Shown: positions 57,401 through 64,000 of the stretch, one piece after another
How the letters are laid out: each line of letters starts with the position of its first letter
Position numbering within the stretch: position 1 is the first letter of the stretch
Assembly: GCA_964016885.1 (NCBI GenBank)
Contig: OZ024763.1
Location: 25,296,001-25,360,000, forward strand
Length of the DNA stretch: 64,000 bases
Direction of reading: 5' to 3'
Source of the DNA: Eledone cirrhosa
Taxonomy: Eukaryota
The notes under the pieces: generated by a model
What the model saw: only the letters and a program-made list of their open reading frames with translations
Told to the model about the DNA's origin: nothing
Databases searched by the model: none
Position numbers and translations under genes: made by a program

Positions 57401-58594
57401 CAGGTGTGTGCAACATATTCCATTGATCGGGTCACTTTTGAACATTGGAAGAACTATGAGGGCCGTTAATATTTATTAAGCACTCTTCCAAAGATTCACC
57501 ACAACTTCTTTCCATAACATGGAACTGGGAAATTATAACACATAACCCTATCTGTGAAGCCCTTTAGTATAGGTCAACTGGGAAATTATAACACACATAA
57601 CCCTATCAGTGAAGCCCTTTAGTATAGGTCAACTGGGAAATTATAACACACATAACCCTATCTGTGAAGCCCTTTAGTATAGGTCAACTGGGAAATTATA
57701 ACACACACAACCCTATCAGTGAAGCCCTTTAGTATAAGTCAACTGGGAAATTATAACACACATAACCCTATCAGTGAAGCCCTTTAGTATAGGTCAACTG
57801 GGAAATTATAACACACATAACCCTATCAGTGAAGCCCTTTAGTATAGGTCAACTGGGAAATTATAACACACATAACCCTATCTGTGAAGCCCTTTAGTAT
57901 AGGTCAACTGGGAAATTATAACACACATAACCCTATCAGTGAAGCTCTTTAGTATAGGTCAACTGGGAAATTATAACACACACAACCCTATCAGTGAAGC
58001 CCTTTAGTATAAGTCAACTGGGAAATTATAACACACATAACCCTATCAGTGAAGCCCTTTAGTATAGGTCAACTGGGAAATTATAACACACATAACCCTA
58101 TCAGTGAAGCCCTTTAGTATAAGTCAACTGGGAAATTATAACACACATAACCCTATCAGTGAAGCCCTTTAGTATAGGTCAACTGGGAAATTATAACACA
58201 CATAACCCTATCAGTGAAGCCCTTTAATATAGGTCAACTGAGAAATTATAACACACACAACCCTATCAGTGAAGCCCTTTAGTATAGGTCAACTGAGAAA
58301 TTATAACACACACAACCCTATCAGTGAAGCCCTTTAGTATAGGTCAACTGGGAAATTATAACACACATAGCCCTATCAGTGAAGCCCTTTAGTATAGGTC
58401 AACTGGGAAATTATAACACACATAACCCTATCAGTGAAGCCCTTTAGTTTAGGTCAACTAACAGAAAATTCTATTACGGTTACAAAAAAATTTCTAAGTC
58501 TACAAGGTAAAAATTAAAAACTGTCATCGTGGGCCACTCTGACTGGTCTGGCGGACCAGATTATGGCCTGTGGGCCGCCTGTTTCATGCCCCTG
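57401..58594. mobile_element. Non-autonomous hAT (Charlie-like) transposon
   Basis: Perfect 8-bp TSD GCTTAGAG (57393-57400 and 58595-58602); imperfect TIRs CAGGTGTGTGCAACA / CAGGGGCATGAAACA. Confidence 0.85.
57523..58459. repeat. 55-bp minisatellite, about 17 copies, inside the hAT element
   Basis: AACTGGGAAATTATAACACACATAACCCTATCAGTGAAGCCCTTTAGTATAGGTC. Confidence 0.95.
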
Positions 58595-58939
58595 GCTTAG
58601 AGTCACTCCCCCTCATGAGGAAGTGTGGGGGGGGGGCTAATTTTTTAGAATATATATTTTTTTTTCTATGTGGCAAATAGAATAAATAAATAAATTATTT
58701 AAGAGGAACATTCTCGGCTTAAAATTTTATATAGCTTCAGGCCTCAGCAGGTGGAAGTTCAGACTGTCTTAGAAATATCATCATCATTGCTGTCCTCATC
58801 ATTATTTATGTTCTTTTATCCTTTTTACAGGTTTTTCAGTCATTTGTCTGCACCCATGCTGGAGCACTGCCTTAAATTGATTTAGTTGATCATATCTTCC
58901 TCAGAACTTCTTTGGTTTTTTTTTCAATTATAGGCTTTA

Positions 58940-59126
58940 CTGCATATACTCAAATATAAGCCAAATGTGACCAAAAACCTCAATAGTAGAAGGGGTCGGT
59001 TTAAATTCGGGGGTCAATATTTTGGGGATTTTCACCAAATTCAAATTCTACAGAAATAAGGTTTAGATTTTTGCCCATTTCTCAGACATAAAATAGTGGG
59101 GTTGGCTTCCATTCCAGTATATATGG
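58940..59126. mobile_element. Tc1/mariner-superfamily (pogo-like) MITE
   Basis: TA-flanked degenerate TIRs CTGCATATACTCAAATATAAGCC / CCATATATACTGGAATGGAAGCC. Confidence 0.55.
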
Positions 59127-59538
59127 TATATTATCAATCTCTTTTAGTCTAATGAAAGACACTGGAACATAACTTAACAAAGGTTCTCACATAGATTATA
59201 ATTGTTTCTACTTTAGGCACAAGGCCAGCAATTACCCAGCACATTACTGGTACTTTATTTTATCGACCCCGTAAGGATGAAAGGCAAAGTTGTTAACCTC
59301 GGCGGGATTATAATGGACTGTTTATAGATCAATATAAACACTTTATCCCTTTTGTTACCATATTTCTAGTGAAAGACACTGCCTGTGGTTTTCTGATAAT
59401 TTTGAAAATAATCAAGAATTTAGAAGGATTTAGTAATGCAACTAACTTTCTCGTTATTAAGTTAGTATTTGGAACATAACTTAACAAAGGTTCTTACATA
59501 GAATTATAATGGAATGTTTTTAGATAAATATGAATACT

Positions 59539-59769
59539 TTAACCCTTTCATAACCATATTTCTAATGAAAGACACTGCCTATGATTTTCTGATAATTTTG
59601 AAAATAATCAAGAATTTAGAGGGGTTAAGTAATATAACTTTCCCATTATTAAGCTGATGTTTGGAACATAACTTAACAAAGGTTCTTACATAAAATTATG
59701 ACAGAATAGTTTTAAATAAATATAAATATGTTTAAACAAACAATTTTGATTTTGTATCAGAGAGGTTAG
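59539..59769. repeat. AT-rich dispersed repeat, possibly a piggyBac-type MITE
   Basis: Starts TTAACCCTT and ends in degenerate AGAGGTTAG; related copies at about 52640-52820, 55985-56610 and 59342-59535. Confidence 0.4.
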
Positions 59770-59820
59770 AAACTCCTATGCACGTTTCTTTCACAGAAGC
59801 ACTTCAATATATATATATAT

Positions 59821-62800
59821 ATCATCATCATCATCATCATCATTTTACGTCCGCTTTTCCCTGCTTGCAAGGGTGGGACGGGTCTTATTCAGCACAGCAT
59901 CTCTCCACTCGTCACGGTCCCTCGTCATCTCCACCGTGAGCTTCAATGATCTGAGGTCTGTTCTCACCACCTCCGCCCATGTTTTTCGTGGTCTACCTCT
60001 ACCACGTCTTCCTTCAACTGGCATTTCCTGGCACTTCTTCACCCATCGGTCATCCTCCATGCGCATCACATGTCCATATCACCTCAGTCTCCTCTCCCGT
60101 ACACTACATTCTATCCCTCTCAGACACAGTTTCTCTCTCAACACATTTATGCTGGGTCGTTCACGCACATTTACACTGCACATCCAACGGAGCATGCTTG
60201 CCTCATTTCTCTCCAGCCGTCGCATATCTTCTGCGGTAGCTGCCCATGTCTCACTACCATGCAGCATCGCGCTCCTCACACAGGCATCATACAACCGGCC
60301 TTTCGTACGCAGGGAGAAACCCTTCTTCGTCAACAGAGGAAGCAGCTCCCTAAACTTCTTCCAACCCGTCCTTATTCTAGATACTATGGCCTCGGAACAC
60401 CCTCCTCCCATGCTAATCTGATCTCCTAGGTACCGGAAGCTATCCACCACTTCTATAGCGCCCTCTCGCATTTGAAAAATGTGTCTATCAGTGCGACTTC
60501 TACTGTCTAATTTCCCTGTACATCTACTGCATACATATTTCTCCCTACCTGTTAGTTTGCCTGCTATCCCGCTACATCTCTTGTGTACCCAGGACCTACA
60601 TTGTGTGCATTTTATAGAATTTATGCCAGTTCCTTTTCTGCATATCGAACATGGCCATTTCCCTGACGGAATCAGAGTTTTGTCCTCTTTTCTACTCATC
60701 AACACTTTTGTCTTAGCTAGATTTACTCTCAGTCCTCTTGCTTCCAACTGCTGTTTCCATATCCGGAATTTATTCTCTAGCTCCTCTACTGATTCTGCCA
60801 TAAGAGCCAGATCGTCAGCATAGAGAAGTTCCCATGGACAGCCAGTCCTCTGTTATGGCTTGGAGGACTATAATGAACAAGAGCGGGCTGAGGACCGAAC
60901 CCTGATGTACTCCTACTTGTATCTGGAATTCCTCACTAAACTCCATTCCTACCCTGACTTTACTGAGAGTACCTTTGTACAAAGTTTGCACTGTCCTTAC
61001 AAGCCATTCCTCAACACCCAGCTTCCTTAGGGACCACCAGATGACAGATCGGGGTACCCTATCAAAGGCCTTCTCTAGGTCAACAAAGGCTAAGTATAGT
61101 GGCTTATTCTTCTCTAAGAACCTCTCTTGCATTTGTCTCACCAAGAAGAGGGCATCTGTTGTACTCTTCCCAGGCACAAAACCAAACTGCATCTCATCTA
61201 GTTTGACCCTTTCTCTAATTAGTTGTGCTAAAATCCTTTCTGCCACTTTCATAACCTGATCTATCAGTTTTATACCCCTATAATTGCTCCTCTCCAAAGC
61301 ATCCCCTTTACCTTTGTAGCAATTTATGAGAATACTGCTGCACCAGTCTTTGGGTATGACACCACCATATATAGCCTGATTGATTATGCATGCAACCAGT
61401 TTAGTGCCTACGTCCCCTGATGCCTTCAGCATCTCAGCAACTATTCCCGATGGTCCGGCCGCCTTACCATTTTTCATTTCCCTAATCGCCTCTTGGACCC
61501 TATATTCGTCAATCTCAATAGCTGGTCCCTCTGTCGGATCTACCAAGGGCAATTTCTCTCTCTCCCATTCGTTCTCCACATTCATCAGTCTCTCATAATG
61601 ACATTTCCAGGCCTCCTTTTTCTGGTCATTCGTGACACTAAGTACACCGGCATCATCCCGGACACATTTATCACCAACAACATCCTGATTTGCATTGACA
61701 CACTGCCTTGCAATGTGGAACACCGCACGCCTCTGATCTTCCCGTCGCAGAACATTGGCAAACCTCCTACTCTCTGCCTCCCTGCGTGCTAAGTACACCT
61801 GACGTCTAGCTTCTCTCTTAGTGGCTGTATATTCTTCCCTACTCCCACCCTTATTCCAAGCCTTCCATGCTAGTCTTTTGTCTCTAATAGCCTTATCTAC
61901 ACTGCTGTTCCACCACCAGGTCACTCTCTGTCTGGTTGGAGCTCTGCTCCAGCCACAGGTTTCATCAGTAGCCTTCAGCAAGTTGTCACGTAAGAACTTC
62001 CAGTTATTATCTATGTCATACGTCTCTAAATCGTCTTCTTTTTCGTCATATACATCTTGAAGGGCTTTCCTAAATTTGAATTTTAGTGAAAGGTCTTTTA
62101 GCTTCCAGACCTTTCTTCTCCACACCTTCCTATATGTCTCATTCCATCTCTTGCTTACTGAGATATCACTAACAACTAACCTATGCTGTGGGGTACATTC
62201 TTCCCCAGGGTATGCCTTGGTATTAGACACTATCTGCCTGTCCCGCTGCCTAACTAGCAGGAAGTCAATCTGGCTTATGTGCTCACCAGATTTGTAGGTT
62301 ATTAGGTGATTGGCAGGTTTCTGGAAGTTTGTGTTGCAAATAGTCAATGTACTTGCATCACAAAATTCAAGAAGTCTCACTCCTTCTTCATTTCTTGAAC
62401 CATAACCGTGCCCACCATGTACCCCAGTGTAACCATCCTGGAGCTGTCCAACATGACCATTGAAGTCTCCTGCTAGCATAACGATGTCTCCGTCCTCTGT
62501 CATTGTGGTTGTTTGCAAAAGTTGCTCATAAAAGCAGTCTTTCTCATCTTTGCCTAGGCCTGCTTGGGGAGCATAGACCGAGATGATTGTCAGTAGTCTC
62601 CTACCTACAACTAATCTAAGCTTAATTATTCGATTACTAACTCGAACTACCTCTATTGTCTTATTGATCCATTTCTCAGCCAGGAAAATGCCTACTCCCC
62701 CTAACCCATCATCCTTACCTACCCAGAATAGCTTATAGCTAAGACGCTTGCCTACGACTAGTCTCGCAGAGGCACCCCTCCATCTCACCTCTTGCACGCA

Positions 62801-63035
62801 GCACACATCCACCTGCCTTCTCTCCAGCATCTCCGCTATTTCAGCAGACCTACCTCTGAGAGTGCCAACATTAAGTGTTGCAACTCTGAGATGCGACGTC
62901 TTCATATTTTTCTATGCTGTTTTGTTGCTGTGCTGATAAGCTTTTTGGCATTGATACACTGGTTAGATGCCCTTCCTAACACCAGCGCCACTTTACAGCA
63001 TGGACTGGGTGCTTTTATTTGTGCCACCAGCACTA
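59821..63035 (-). mobile_element. Near-full-length RTE-clade LINE
   Basis: Single APE-RT ORF, part of the 5' UTR, (TGA)n 3' tail abutting (TA)n. Confidence 0.95.
59845..62905 (-). pseudogene. RTE ORF (APE endonuclease + RT + PHD-like Cys cluster) with one frameshift and one stop
   Basis: ATLNVG, QEVRW, ISVYAPQ, GDFNGH, QIDFL, FVDLEKAFD, GVHQGSVLSP, then a frameshift near 60847 before WELLYADD, and TGA at 60079-60081 in place of W. Confidence 0.93.
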
Positions 63036-63190
63036 GAGAGGATGTCTTACTAGACTCAAGGGCCCTCTCTACCCCTCCATTTTACAGCATGGTCATTAAA
63101 AAAAAAAAAAAAAAAAAAAAAACTTATTGACACGACTCACACACTAATATTCATGCATACAAACCACAACCACACATACCAACACTCATT

Positions 63191-63237
<47 letters not shown>

Positions 63238-63242
<5 letters not shown>

Positions 63243-63346
63243 AACAAGTAGGTCCTACTCGTTCCTATTACCCACTCTACTATCCTAAGTATTGAGTACT
63301 TTGGTGCGTTATGGTCCATCTGATTCCTTACCACATTTCCTTCGTT
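63238..63346 (+). mobile_element. Short fold-back insertion, same family as 46178-46330
   Basis: ATAGGAACAAGTAGG|TCCTACTCGTTCCTAT hairpin plus the same tail as 46178-46254; (TA)n flanks. Confidence 0.8.
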
Positions 63347-63369
63347 ATATATATATATATATATATATC

Positions 63370-64000
63370 TTCATCATCATTTTACATCTGCTTTTCCCTG
63401 CTTGTAAGGGTAGGACGGGTCCTATTCAGCACAGCATCTCTCCACTTCTCACGGTCCTTCTTCATCTCCTCCATGAGCTTCAGCAATCTGAGCTCAACTC
63501 TCACCACCTCCGCCCATGATTTTCATGGTCTTCCTCTACTGCGTCTTCCTTCCACTGGGATTTCTTGGCACTTCTTTACCCACCGGTCATCCTCCATGTG
63601 CATCACATGTCCATACCATCGTAGTCTTCTCTCCCACACACTACAGGTTATCCCTCTTATACACAGTTTCTCTCGTCTATGCTTGGTTGTTCATGCACAT
63701 TGACATTGCATATCCATCAGATTATGCTTGCTTTATTTCTCTCCAGCCTTCACATATCGTTTGCAGTTGCTGTCCATGTCTCACTACCATTCAGCATCAA
63801 GCATCTCACACAGGCATCATACAACAAACCTTTTGTTCAGAGGGAGAATCCCTTCATTGTCAACAGAGGAAGCAGCTCCCTAAATTTCTTCATTCCTGTC
63901 CTTATTCTAGATACTATGGTCTCGGAGCATCCTCCACCCTTGCTAATCTGATCACCTAGATATCGGAAGCTATCAACCACCTCTATAGATCCTACCTACA
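63370..64000 (-). pseudogene. RTE LINE 3' portion, degenerate, runs off the window
   Basis: Collinear with 59843-60460; (TGA)n tail next to (TA)n. Confidence 0.92.

Noticed and set aside
57523-58459. Possible CRISPR-like array (also considered for the tRNA array)
   Set aside because: No unique spacers, no cas genes, eukaryotic context

Overview
AT-rich, microsatellite-saturated eukaryotic DNA with no recognisable host protein-coding exon. The repeat inventory (CORE- and Meta-type tRNA SINEs, RTE LINEs with (TGA)n tails, very long (TA)n/(GATA)n/(CA)n tracts) suggests an animal, probably a cephalopod/octopus; this is an inference. Nearly all ORFs in the track are translations of simple repeats. 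The real coding remnants are LINEs: a near-full-length RTE (59.8-62.9 kb), other RTE pieces, a Tx1/L1-clade 3' half embedded in (GATA)n, a decayed CRE-like RLE element and a CR1 3' tip. There is also a tRNA-Thr(TGT) cluster (16 full-length copies plus 6 half-genes), a hAT MITE, a pogo-like MITE and a Helitron 3' end. The main find is an ORF-less 466-bp tandem array (26.8-35.7 kb) in which every unit carries a type I hammerhead ribozyme fold. The array ends in a fold-back inversion with a 57-nt tail and sits in (TA)n, so it looks like a Penelope-mobilised retrozyme/circRNA concatemer. At least five other short (TA)n-embedded fold-back insertions share this architecture. Two carry complete hammerhead folds and two carry half folds; in one, the inversion boundary falls exactly on the predicted self-cleavage site. 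All folds were read by eye, and no search or folding program was run.
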